From NCBI GenBank assembly GCA_045644765.1, contig JAZRHM010000013.1:78484-142483 (forward strand): a DNA stretch of 64,000 bases. Reading direction: 5' to 3'. Both the position numbers and the translations under genes were made by a program. Position 1 is the first letter of the stretch, and the number at the start of each line of letters is the position of its first letter. Under the pieces are notes generated by a model. That model saw only the letters and a list, made by a program, of their open reading frames with translations. It ran no database searches and was not told where the DNA came from. Positions 8,957 through 18,368 of this stretch are shown here, piece after piece. The stretch is from Alphaproteobacteria bacterium. GTDB lineage: Bacteria > Pseudomonadota > Alphaproteobacteria > RF32 > CAG-239.

Positions 8957-11900
8957 ATGAACAAATTTATATTAAAGAACAAACTCTTAGCCACAACTGC
9001 TATTTGTTCTGTTATGTTATGTGCCGAATCGTTTGCCTTATCGCCAACCTTAGACACCTTAAAAACTCAGGCTACAACATTAACAGGTAACTATATTTTA
9101 ACTGAGCTTGGTTCAAACACTTTACCTGATGGGGCATCAAAAGTAAAAATCGGTGATACTGTATATTATTTTACACCAAGTGGAGATGATGCTGATTTGC
9201 TTAAAACCTTAGCGGGAACATCTGCCGGCAATTTGGTAGAAGATGCAAATGGTGTTTTTGACCTTAGTGGCACAAAATATGGTTTTAATGTAAGTGCAAT
9301 CCCAAATAGTGTGTTTTCTTACGGAACAGGAGATGAAACAAATTATCATTTTATCACTAAAGAAGCCAATGATGAAGGCGTTTTAACAACCACATATCAT
9401 ACAATTGACCTCAACCCAAGTAAATTCGGAACTTCTGAAAGCCTATCATGGACAGCCTTAGATAGTAAACCAAGTAGTATGACTAACGTAATCGCCGTAA
9501 ATTTGCCAAACAATGATATAAAATATTTTCAATATGCTTATACTTACACAAAGCCTACAGGTTATACGGAAATAAAAAATAAATCCGAGCAGGTAAATGT
9601 TACTAATTCCCAGGGAGAGTTCACATACAAATATATTGGTTCGGCTGTGAAAAATTCAGAGGGAGATAATTATGGTGATATAAATAAGAAAGTGCTTTCA
9701 AACAATAAAATAACAGGAATTTTAACAAATAATGGCTCTAATACCAGTAATTTATATATCTATGGTGGAGCTATTTTTAATCAAGGAACTATAGGCAATA
9801 TAACTGCTGATTTTGTAGGAAATTATACTTCAATTACCTCATCAACAATATATTCAGGACTTTATGCTTATGGTGGTGCACTTTCGAATTATGCCAATAC
9901 TTCCGATTCAATAGTAAGTATAGGTAATATCACCGGTAATTTTAATAGTAATTACGCAAAAGCTGAAACTTCATATAGATACATAAATGGTAGTACAGGT
10001 GCTTATGGAGGCGCAATTTATAATTACGCAGGTAATAGCTCAACTGCACAAATAGGTAATATTATTGGTGATTTTAGTTATAATAAAGCAGAAGCATCTG
10101 CTTCAGGTAGTAATAAACGTTTTGCTAACTCATATGGAGGTGCTATCTATAACGGTGCAGATATAGGTTCAATAGCTAGTATAGCAAGTATTACAGGAAC
10201 TTTTTTCAAAAATTATGTTTTATCAAACAACCATTACAATCAAGATTCTTATGTTTATGGAGGTGCTATTTATAATAATAGTATAATTAGCGATATAATA
10301 GGTAGTTTTATTCTTAATAATGCCATTCTTAAGAAAGATCCTGGTAAGGCTCGTGGAGGTGCTATTTATAACTCCGGTACAATTAATAATATCAGTGGCA
10401 ACTTTATTAGTAATTATATTGAAACAGCAAGTGAAGGAGAAGGTAGTGCAATTTATAACTCTGGCACAATTAATGATATCAGTGGTAACTTTATTGGTAA
10501 TTATATTGAAACAGCGGGTGACGGAGAAGGTAGTGCCATTTATAATGAAGGTACAATAGAAAATTTAACTGCTGATTTTATCAGTAACTATACAACATCA
10601 ACCAATACTGCTTTTGGCGGGGCTATCGCTAATAGCCAATCAAATAAACTAAAAAGCATAACCAGTAATTTCATCAATAACTATGCGATAGGGGATTCTG
10701 CTCTTGGTGGGGCTATTTCTAATAGATATGGCGCAATAAAAGGTATAACCGGTGATTTTATCGGTAATAGCGTCACTTCAACAGGTACTAAACAATATTC
10801 TTATGCCTATGGAGGAGCTGTTTATAATGCCTATAACAGCACAATTGAAAGTATAGTTGCTGATTTTATCGGTAATTATGCAACAGGAGGTAATGCTTAT
10901 GCTGGTGCTATTTATAATTATAGAAGTAGCTCAATAAATAATATAACAGGTGATTTTATTGGTAATAGTGCAACTTCAACAAATGGTTCTACATATGGTG
11001 GTGCTATTTACAATCAGAGTTCAATTAGCAATATAACCGGAGATTTTATCGGTAATTATGCCAAATCAACATCCGGAACAGCACAAGGTGGAGCTATTTA
11101 TTCTAATAATAATATCACTTTATCAGCAAAAGAAAATGGCAGTTCCGTAATCAAAGATAACTATGTTGAAGATAAAGACGGTAAAAGAGCTGAAGCTATT
11201 TATATGGCTAGTTCCGGTGCAACTTTAACCTTACAAGCAAACAACAACGGCACTATTGAAGTTTATGATATCATAAATGGTACCAGTGGTTATAATGTAA
11301 AACTTACAGGTGACGGTACCGGTTCTGTTTCGTTGTTTAATGATGTCTTAAATGCCAAAGTTACTGCCAAGAATGTGGGGGTAAATTTATCAAACGGCGT
11401 TGCTAAAGACTACACCTTCAACTCTTTAACAACTGATGACACAGCTCATTGGAACATCGATGTAAATTTAACCGAAAAAATTGCTGACAACATCACAAGC
11501 AGTGGTTCTACAGGAACTCTTTATATCGATAAAATCAACAATATCGGTTCAACAGATGAAGATATCACAATCCAAATTCTTAAAAACACCGATGATTTAG
11601 ATAAATTACAGTTAGCCTTAAATGAAGATAATTTCGAAATTGTTGAAGATGGTAGAAAAGTTGATAACACAGTTTATTATTCCAAAAACTATGTTCAAGA
11701 AGAAGGTATCTCTCTTGATACAACAAGTACATTAAATGACAGTATCCGCATTTATAAAGATGGAATTTATGATGCATTAGCTCTTATCAACGACAAAGAA
11801 ACAACTGAAGAGCGTTCTTTTATCTTTGATATTGCCGGTACTCACACCTTAAACCAAGACCTCTTGGCAACAACCGAAGGCGTTTTGAACATTGAAGGTT

Positions 11901-13675
11901 TTAACGATGGTGGCGAGAGTTCTGTTATCAATGCCAACGGACATTCGTTGTTCAGCTTAGATAACGCAACAACACTTAACATCAATGGTGTAACCTTAAG
12001 TAATGCATCGGGTGATGCAATCAAAGTTTCAAACTTAGCAGAACTCAATTTGACCAATGTATTGTTTGAAAACAATGGTGCAAATGCAATATCTTCTTTT
12101 GGTAACGTTAATATCAATGCCAAAGATACAGACATTGCAATGAGCGAAAACATCTCTATGACAGGTGATGCAACAAACAATATCAGCTTATCACTTAAGG
12201 CTGAAAACGGTGCATTAAACTTGTCAAACGAAATCTCCGGCAGCAATTATGATTTATATCTTAAAGGCGGAGATATCAACGTGAGCGGTTCAATCAGCGG
12301 TGCCAACAACTTAGAAATGGCTTCTTCTGTAGTGCTCGGCTTAGGAACAGATGCTCGTATCAATGTAAACAATATGTTCCAAGCTCAAGAAACATCTATG
12401 ATAAGCACTGCTTCAACTTCTGCTCCAAGTTTGAAGATAGATGCAAACATTGCAAACGATGTTTTAACTACAGGCTCAATTGATGTAAACGGAGACGTAA
12501 GCGGAACATATAATGTTATAGTAAATGCTCTAAGCACAGAATATGCTTCAAATGCATCTGTGTTCTTAAAAGCATTACAAGACGATGCAACAACTGCTTC
12601 AGACTTTAAGGTGTTCCGTGTTGAAAACAGCCCTTACGTGTGGGAAACAGTCTTAAATGCCGGAGGAGAAACAGAAGGTTCAACATGGTATCTTACCATG
12701 GAAAAACCTCTTATTGAAGGGGCTGTTGCAGTTACACCTGAAATTATAGCTTCTTCCGGTGTAACAACATCAGGACTTTCTCAAACCAACGGTATGATTT
12801 ATAACATTATGCGTAAAGTGAACGTAAACCAAGTATATTGTCCGGGATGTGGTTTTTATGATTATAACTGGGACGGAAAATCTTTGCACAATGCATGGGC
12901 AGATACCACTTATAACGGCCTAAAAATCAGCGCTCCGGTTGAGATTGAAGCCAATGTTTGGGGCTTAGATGCCGGTGCTGACATTCAGCAAAACTTAAAC
13001 AATAAGCTTGGTATATTTGCTTCTTATCGCAAAGGTAACTATGAAATGAGCGGTAAAGGTGAAAAGATATATTCAACAATCGGTTCCGAAGTTGATATCG
13101 ACAGCTATTTAGCCGGTTTATATTATCGCTTTGATAAAAACAACTGGTACGCATTTGCCACTGTTTACGGCGGTTTACAAAATGCCGAAATCAAAACAGA
13201 TGATGGTGTAAAATCTGATACAGATGGTACCGAGTTTGGCGCAAGTGCTGAAATGGGATATAACTATGCCTTAAACAGAAACTGGTCACTTACACCAAGT
13301 TTGGCAGCATTTTATTCTCAGATAGATTATGACGATGCAACCGACAATGCCGGTAAAACCGTTAAGTATAACAACTTAAAACAAGTAGAACTTGAGGCAG
13401 GTCTTAAACTTGCTCATACTAAATATACCTTAAACGGTTTTTATGCTTTCCATATTAAACCAAGTGTTGTTCAAACCTTGGTAGACGGCGATGAAATCAA
13501 CGTTGAAGAACTTGGAAAAGTTGAAACTGTTGACAATAAAACTTTAGGTAGAGTTGAAGTTGGCGGAACATATGGTTTTGCTGATCGTTGGTCAGCTTAT
13601 GGTTGGTCAAACTACACCTTTGGTTCAGACTATGATGCAGTTTCTTTAGGTCTTGGCTTAAATTATGCTTGGTAA
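8957..13675 (+). CDS. Pmp-type (polymorphic membrane protein repeat) autotransporter adhesin, 1572 aa
   Basis: Signal peptide ...MLCAESFA/LS. About 15-18 alternating GGA[IV]YN and FxxN (G[DN]FIGNY/FISNY/FINNY) motifs, as in chlamydial Pmp repeats. C-terminal ~280 aa beta-barrel ending ...LGLGLNYAW. Confidence 0.85.
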   Translation: MNKFILKNKLLATTAICSVMLCAESFALSPTLDTLKTQATTLTGNYILTELGSNTLPDGASKVKIGDTVYYFTPSGDDADLLKTLAGTSAGNLVEDANGVFDLSGTKYGFNVSAIPNSVFSYGTGDETNYHFITKEANDEGVLTTTYHTIDLNPSKFGTSESLSWTALDSKPSSMTNVIAVNLPNNDIKYFQYAYTYTKPTGYTEIKNKSEQVNVTNSQGEFTYKYIGSAVKNSEGDNYGDINKKVLSNNKITGILTNNGSNTSNLYIYGGAIFNQGTIGNITADFVGNYTSITSSTIYSGLYAYGGALSNYANTSDSIVSIGNITGNFNSNYAKAETSYRYINGSTGAYGGAIYNYAGNSSTAQIGNIIGDFSYNKAEASASGSNKRFANSYGGAIYNGADIGSIASIASITGTFFKNYVLSNNHYNQDSYVYGGAIYNNSIISDIIGSFILNNAILKKDPGKARGGAIYNSGTINNISGNFISNYIETASEGEGSAIYNSGTINDISGNFIGNYIETAGDGEGSAIYNEGTIENLTADFISNYTTSTNTAFGGAIANSQSNKLKSITSNFINNYAIGDSALGGAISNRYGAIKGITGDFIGNSVTSTGTKQYSYAYGGAVYNAYNSTIESIVADFIGNYATGGNAYAGAIYNYRSSSINNITGDFIGNSATSTNGSTYGGAIYNQSSISNITGDFIGNYAKSTSGTAQGGAIYSNNNITLSAKENGSSVIKDNYVEDKDGKRAEAIYMASSGATLTLQANNNGTIEVYDIINGTSGYNVKLTGDGTGSVSLFNDVLNAKVTAKNVGVNLSNGVAKDYTFNSLTTDDTAHWNIDVNLTEKIADNITSSGSTGTLYIDKINNIGSTDEDITIQILKNTDDLDKLQLALNEDNFEIVEDGRKVDNTVYYSKNYVQEEGISLDTTSTLNDSIRIYKDGIYDALALINDKETTEERSFIFDIAGTHTLNQDLLATTEGVLNIEGFNDGGESSVINANGHSLFSLDNATTLNINGVTLSNASGDAIKVSNLAELNLTNVLFENNGANAISSFGNVNINAKDTDIAMSENISMTGDATNNISLSLKAENGALNLSNEISGSNYDLYLKGGDINVSGSISGANNLEMASSVVLGLGTDARINVNNMFQAQETSMISTASTSAPSLKIDANIANDVLTTGSIDVNGDVSGTYNVIVNALSTEYASNASVFLKALQDDATTASDFKVFRVENSPYVWETVLNAGGETEGSTWYLTMEKPLIEGAVAVTPEIIASSGVTTSGLSQTNGMIYNIMRKVNVNQVYCPGCGFYDYNWDGKSLHNAWADTTYNGLKISAPVEIEANVWGLDAGADIQQNLNNKLGIFASYRKGNYEMSGKGEKIYSTIGSEVDIDSYLAGLYYRFDKNNWYAFATVYGGLQNAEIKTDDGVKSDTDGTEFGASAEMGYNYALNRNWSLTPSLAAFYSQIDYDDATDNAGKTVKYNNLKQVELEAGLKLAHTKYTLNGFYAFHIKPSVVQTLVDGDEINVEELGKVETVDNKTLGRVEVGGTYGFADRWSAYGWSNYTFGSDYDAVSLGLGLNYAW
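10364..10537 (+). repeat. In-frame tandem duplication (2 x 87 bp = 2 x 29 aa) inside the Pmp-repeat passenger
   Basis: IYNSGTINNISGNFISNYIETASEGEGSA / IYNSGTINDISGNFIGNYIETAGDGEGSA. The DNA copies are ~90% identical. Confidence 0.85.
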
Positions 13676-13692
13676 TTATAGCATAACACACA

Positions 13693-13726
13693 AAAAACGC
13701 TCTTGTTAACAACAAGAGCGTTTTTT
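13693..13726. terminator. Bidirectional intrinsic terminator between the autotransporter and flotillin genes
   Basis: aaaaaacgctcttgtt-aac-aacaagagcgtttttt. Confidence 0.85.
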
Positions 13727-13746
13727 ATAATTTCTAGGTTTTAAGA

Positions 13747-15171
13747 CTACTTCTTGGTCAAACCAAGTTTTTCAAGGAGCGCTTGACCTGTTTCAGTTCC
13801 GGCAAATGCCTCAACTGCTCCGGCAAGGTTAAAACCTCCGGTAGGAGAAATAGCATCTCCCACGTTCTTTACGCCGGCTGCAACATTACCGCCACCTGCG
13901 ATAATCTTGATATCTGCATGGCCGATATTTTCTGCCTGAGCCTTACCGACAGCCTCTTGAGCCTCAATCTGACGTACCTGAATGAGGTAGGTCTGATATG
14001 CTTGGTTCTCACCAACCTCTTTAGCCAAGGTAAGTTGAGCCTCAACCGATGCAAGTTGCATTTGTTTTTCGGCAGTTGCCTTAGCCTCACCTTCAAGGCG
14101 GATACCTTCTGCGGTTTTTGTCGCCATCACCAGATTACCTTCTGCTTCCTTGGTTGTCTTAACCAAAGTTGCCTCAGCATCAAGTTCAGCTTTGCGTCTT
14201 GCAGCCTCAGCATCAATTTCGGTTTTGCGTTTTGTGGCCTCAGCAGAAATAATCGTTGCTTCGCGATCAATTTCGGCTTGACGAACCGCCTCAACTTTTC
14301 TAACCTCCATGTCACGCTCTTTGGTGATTCTGGCTTGTTCTTTGACTGCTTGGGTAGATTGCTCATCTGCAATACCTACCTCTTTGGCAACAGTTGCCTT
14401 GCGAAGACCTACCTCCTTGAGTTTGTCTTGTTCCTTGAGTGCGATACCACGCTCAGATTCAATCTCTTGCTCACGAGCTGCTTGGTTGTTTTTTGCAACC
14501 GTGATACGGCTTTCTCTTTCAATCTCAGATTTTTTCTTCGCCATAATATTGGAGATTACCTTTTCGTTGTTGGCATCGCGGACGTCCATAAGCTCAATGT
14601 TCTTTACGGCATCAACACCCCAAGATTTTAGCTCATCTTTGACTTCTTCGGTAAACTGCTGTCCATATTTGGAACGTTCACCCATAATCTCGTTGAGGTA
14701 GTCTTTGGCCAAAATTGAACGAACAGCACCTTCGACAATTGCACGGAGTTGAGCACTCAATTCAGTAACATCCTGAATACGTGATGCGGCAACAACATAA
14801 TCTGAGATTCTGAAGAAGCTTTGAATGTCCACCTCGAAAGGAACACGATCTTTATCAAAAGCTTCATAGTTTTTGATCTCAATGGCAATAATCTTCAGAG
14901 GTAAAACCTTCACGGAAACACCCAACCCCGGAATATACACCGGAAATTCGTAATAGCTGTTTCCTTTGTTGTAATCGGAAGATGTTTTTCCTCCACTTTT
15001 TTTCTCAGCCTCTGTCAAATCAGGTGCGCCATAGGTTTCTGTCTTTGCGCCTCGCCTTACGATGTGAACCTCGTTGGTAGGAACGACACGACGGAGTGAA
15101 AGAATCCAAATAACAAGTGCTAAAAGCACCACTGCTGCCACGCCAATGGCAATTAAAAGAGTTGTACTCAT
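13747..15171 (-). CDS. Flotillin-like SPFH/Band-7 family membrane protein
   Basis: N-terminal TM, SPFH core, and a long Ala/Glu/Lys-rich coiled-coil flotillin tail (EAxxRKAELDAEA repeats). 474 aa. Confidence 0.8.
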   Translation of the reverse strand: MSTTLLIAIGVAAVVLLALVIWILSLRRVVPTNEVHIVRRGAKTETYGAPDLTEAEKKSGGKTSSDYNKGNSYYEFPVYIPGLGVSVKVLPLKIIAIEIKNYEAFDKDRVPFEVDIQSFFRISDYVVAASRIQDVTELSAQLRAIVEGAVRSILAKDYLNEIMGERSKYGQQFTEEVKDELKSWGVDAVKNIELMDVRDANNEKVISNIMAKKKSEIERESRITVAKNNQAAREQEIESERGIALKEQDKLKEVGLRKATVAKEVGIADEQSTQAVKEQARITKERDMEVRKVEAVRQAEIDREATIISAEATKRKTEIDAEAARRKAELDAEATLVKTTKEAEGNLVMATKTAEGIRLEGEAKATAEKQMQLASVEAQLTLAKEVGENQAYQTYLIQVRQIEAQEAVGKAQAENIGHADIKIIAGGGNVAAGVKNVGDAISPTGGFNLAGAVEAFAGTETGQALLEKLGLTKK

Positions 15172-15264
15172 AGTTTTTAATAATTTAAATAGTTAATAAT
15201 TGATAGTTGTTTGTATGATAAAATATTTATCATGTTCTAGACATAATTACTCGTTTATGTCCGC

Positions 15265-15294
15265 ATATTACGCACAAATTTCATTAAATGTCAA
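15265..15294 (-). promoter_or_regulatory. Candidate sigma-70 promoter of the flotillin gene
   Basis: Minus strand TTGACA-N18-TAATAT. Confidence 0.35.
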
Positions 15295-15315
15295 TAAGAA
15301 AAAGGTAAAAAAATA

Positions 15316-15348
15316 TAAAAAAAGCTCCGATAAACACCGGAGCTTTCT
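15316..15348 (-). terminator. Intrinsic terminator after the dsbA-like gene
   Basis: Minus strand: aaagctccgg-tgtttat-cggagcttttttt. Confidence 0.8.
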
Positions 15349-15364
15349 TCAGAACGGATTCTAA

Positions 15365-16102
15365 TTATTTTTCAGCATCAATTGCAGCTTGGATACCGTC
15401 TAAATCAATAGTGTTAAGTTTTTTACCGTTTAACACTAATGTCGGAACACCACGAACTTGAACTTTGTTGCCAAGTTCAGCTACTGATTCAACTACATTT
15501 TTAACTTTATCAGATGTTACATCAGCTTTGAATTTTTCCATATCAAGACCGGCTTTTTCAACAATTTCGTTGATTTTTGCTTCATCTAATCTTTCAGCAC
15601 TTGTTAAAAATGCTTTATATACTTCCATAAATTTACCTTGCTCATTAGCAGCAACTGCAGCTAAAGCAATAGGCTTAGAACCTAAGAATGTCATAGGCTT
15701 GAACACAACTTTAACATCCGGATTGTTCTTTACAATGTTACTCATAGTATTTGCAATTCTTTTGCAATATCCACAGTTGAAGTCAAAAAACTCAACCAAA
15801 ACAACTTTGGCATCTTTTGGACCTACATAAGGTGTGTTAGCGTCATTGTGGAGTTCTTCAATATTTTCCATGAACAATCTGGCGGCAGCTTTTTCTTCTG
15901 CTTCACGTTGCTGTTGTTCATATCTTTGCAAAGCAGTAACAACAATTTGAGGATTATTTTCTAAAATTGTAGCTACATCGCTTTCAGAAACAGCAACAGT
16001 ATTAGAAGATACTTGTTTATTACATTTTGTGGCAACAACACCTGCTACACCTGCAGAAACTGCCAATGCCAAAAAAGAAACACATAAAGATGTTTTACTC
16101 AT
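15365..16102 (-). CDS. DsbA-family thiol:disulfide oxidoreductase (membrane-anchored or secreted)
   Basis: CxxC motif FFDFNCGYCKR, thioredoxin fold, N-terminal hydrophobic anchor. Confidence 0.85.
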   Translation of the reverse strand: MSKTSLCVSFLALAVSAGVAGVVATKCNKQVSSNTVAVSESDVATILENNPQIVVTALQRYEQQQREAEEKAAARLFMENIEELHNDANTPYVGPKDAKVVLVEFFDFNCGYCKRIANTMSNIVKNNPDVKVVFKPMTFLGSKPIALAAVAANEQGKFMEVYKAFLTSAERLDEAKINEIVEKAGLDMEKFKADVTSDKVKNVVESVAELGNKVQVRGVPTLVLNGKKLNTIDLDGIQAAIDAEK

Positions 16103-16231
16103 TTTAATTTTCCTTATAAATAATTACGTAATTAAAAACAAAATTAATGTAAACGAATATTTAGACATTTACAAGTATAAAATTATAGATTATGTTGACA
16201 AGTATAAGTTTTTTTTATTTTAGAGGTCAAA

Positions 16232-16891
16232 ATGTTTAATTTAAAAATTTCATTATTTTCTCATACAAAAGAATTAGAGCAAAAAATTGATATCTTACAC
16301 GATAAAATCCTTGAGATATCTCTTGTTTTCAAAAAAGCTGTAAATGTGTATTTGAAAGAAAAAAGAAGCTCGGAATATAGACATTTAAGTAAAGAAATAA
16401 AAGATATTGAACACGATGCTGATTCTCTCAGACGAGAAATTGAAAACAGATTATATACTCACAATCTCATTCCTGATTTTAGAGGAAATGTTTTGGAACT
16501 CGTTGAAAATTTGGATAAAGTGGTAAATGAAATAAATGACGTTGCTCATAAATTTTATATTGAGCAAACAGATATCCCTCCGATGTATCATGATCAATTT
16601 AAGGAACTTACAAAACAAGTAAGTGAATGTGTTGAAAATTTAAGCATCGCATCCCGTTCTTTTTTCAGAGATTTTTCTGCCGCACGTGATTATGCTAAAA
16701 AAGTTTATTGGCTTGAACATGAAAGCGATAAAACAAGTGCTAAATTAAAAGAAGCTATATTTGCTTCTGATATGGAGCTTGCTCAAAAACTGCAATTAGG
16801 CTCAGTCATAAGTGAAGTTGCAGATATTGCCGACTTAGCTGAAAACTGCATTGACCAATTATTAATTTATGTAATAAAGAGAGATATTTAA
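16232..16891 (+). CDS. DUF47/PhoU-like phosphate transport regulator (YkaA/TIGR00153 type)
   Basis: Helical 219-aa protein immediately upstream of, and 1-nt overlapping, a PiT gene, which is the conserved pairing. Contains an EHDADSLRREI-type motif. Confidence 0.75.
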   Translation: MFNLKISLFSHTKELEQKIDILHDKILEISLVFKKAVNVYLKEKRSSEYRHLSKEIKDIEHDADSLRREIENRLYTHNLIPDFRGNVLELVENLDKVVNEINDVAHKFYIEQTDIPPMYHDQFKELTKQVSECVENLSIASRSFFRDFSAARDYAKKVYWLEHESDKTSAKLKEAIFASDMELAQKLQLGSVISEVADIADLAENCIDQLLIYVIKRDI

Positions 16892-17946
16892 TGGATATTA
16901 CTTATTTATTTTTCTTAAGCAGCGGCTTGTTTTTAGGTTGGTCTTTGGGTGCAAACGATGCCTCGAACATTTTTGGAACAGCTGTCGGTTCAAAAATGGT
17001 AAAGTTTAGTACTGCCGCCCTTATCTCATCTATTTTTGTTATAATAGGTGCTGTATACGGAGGACAAGGCGGAACGGAAACTTTAGGAGCTTTGGGTTCT
17101 GTAAATGCATTAGGCGGAGCATTTATGGTGGCTCTGTCTGCTGCTATTACCGTATATTGGATGGCAAAAATCGGTATGGCCGTATCAACTTCGCAAGCAA
17201 TTGTCGGAGGCATTATCGGTTGGAATATATATTGTTCAAAACCGACTGATATAAGCGTTCTAACAAAAATTTGTTCAACGTGGATTCTTTGTCCTCTCAT
17301 TACCGGATTTGTTGCCGTTATTTTATATTTGTCCTTAAAAAAAGTTATAAAAAAATCTCATATACATCTTTTAAGGCAAGACTACTATATAAGAATCGGT
17401 CTTATTATTGCAGGTGCTTTATGCGCATATTCTTTAGGAGCAAACAATATTGCAAATATTATTGGCGTTTTTGCAGATTCATCTCCTTTCAAACCTGTCC
17501 AAATCGGCAGCTATTTTCAGTTAAGCGGATTACAAATTTTGTTCTTATTAGGTGGCATATCTATCAGTACCGGTATTGTAACATATTCTAAAAAAGTTAT
17601 TTTAACGGTCGGCAACAATTTGATGAAAATGACACCTCTTTTAGCTTTAGTTGTTGTTTTAGCTCAAGCATTAACATTGTTTTTATTTTCATCTCAAGGT
17701 TTACAAAACTTTCTGGAAAGCCATAATTTACCTACATTCCCTTTAGTACCTGTTTCTAGTACACAAGCGGTTATAGGTGCAATTTTGGGTTTAGGCCTAT
17801 TAAAAGGTGGCAGAGGAATAAATTGGAATATAACTCTTAAACTGATATTAGGTTGGATATCCACACCGATTATTACCATGGGAATTTGCTTTATATCTTT
17901 GTTTTTCCTACAAAATGTATTTAATATAACTGTATATATTCCATAG
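16891..17946 (+). CDS. Inorganic phosphate transporter, PiT family
   Basis: GANDASNIFGTAVGS and the second GANNIANIIG PHO4 signature; polytopic. Confidence 0.88.
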   Translation: MDITYLFFLSSGLFLGWSLGANDASNIFGTAVGSKMVKFSTAALISSIFVIIGAVYGGQGGTETLGALGSVNALGGAFMVALSAAITVYWMAKIGMAVSTSQAIVGGIIGWNIYCSKPTDISVLTKICSTWILCPLITGFVAVILYLSLKKVIKKSHIHLLRQDYYIRIGLIIAGALCAYSLGANNIANIIGVFADSSPFKPVQIGSYFQLSGLQILFLLGGISISTGIVTYSKKVILTVGNNLMKMTPLLALVVVLAQALTLFLFSSQGLQNFLESHNLPTFPLVPVSSTQAVIGAILGLGLLKGGRGINWNITLKLILGWISTPIITMGICFISLFFLQNVFNITVYIP

Positions 17947-17959
17947 TTTTTTTAAGCTA

Positions 17960-17988
17960 TTGACATAAAATATTCTATGTGTTCTAAT
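17960..17988 (+). promoter_or_regulatory. Candidate sigma-70 promoter for the small gene at 18035
   Basis: TTGACA-N17-TCTAAT. It lies inside the 5' extension of the track ORF, which argues for the downstream ATG. Confidence 0.4.
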
Positions 17989-18034
17989 GTGCATACAATT
18001 TAATAATTATGCACCAAAAAAATTCATTACAATT

Positions 18035-18313
18035 ATGTCTAGTTTTAAAGATGTCCGCCTTGTAGTAGTCAGACTATTTACCGTGGCGGCCGGAGGACCG
18101 GTTAACACCACAGAAAAGATTAACCCTAAGTTTTCAACCGCTATCAAGCAAATTGAAGCCACTTATGGTGTCAAACTGCCAAATTGCGAAACTCTTTCCA
18201 TTGATGAGGTAGTTGATATCTGCTACAGAACCTGCAGAGAGAAAGCTTTGAAAAAAATCAAAGGCTACATCGAGGAGTATGAATTTGATGTAAACGAATT
18301 GTTTCCACAATAA
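18035..18313 (+). CDS. Small hypothetical protein (92 aa from the internal ATG; track ORF begins at 17987)
   Basis: Own promoter and terminator. Weak resemblance of ...FSTAIKQIEATYGVKLPNCETLSIDEVVDICY to the helix II-IV layout of carrier proteins; not a confident call. Confidence 0.45.
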   Translation: MSSFKDVRLVVVRLFTVAAGGPVNTTEKINPKFSTAIKQIEATYGVKLPNCETLSIDEVVDICYRTCREKALKKIKGYIEEYEFDVNELFPQ

Positions 18314-18332
18314 CATACTCTTCTGTTCTTAG

Positions 18333-18368
18333 AAAAAATCGCCGACTTTTAAAGTCCGCGATTTTTTT
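18333..18368. terminator. Bidirectional terminator (small gene / mutL)
   Basis: aaaaaatcgccgac-ttttaaa-gtccgcgattttttt. Confidence 0.75.

Noticed and set aside
11842-12246. 134-aa minus-strand ORF (and other small ORFs at 10320, 11580, 12927 and 13497)
   Set aside because: All are embedded in the 4.7-kb autotransporter gene, whose reading frame is strongly supported by repeats and the barrel.
13783-14701. 282-aa and 130-aa plus-strand ORFs and several short minus-strand ORFs inside 13747-15171
   Set aside because: They are antisense or out-of-frame shadows of the Ala/Glu/Lys coiled-coil region of the flotillin gene. They have a Cys/Leu/Ser-rich nonsense composition.
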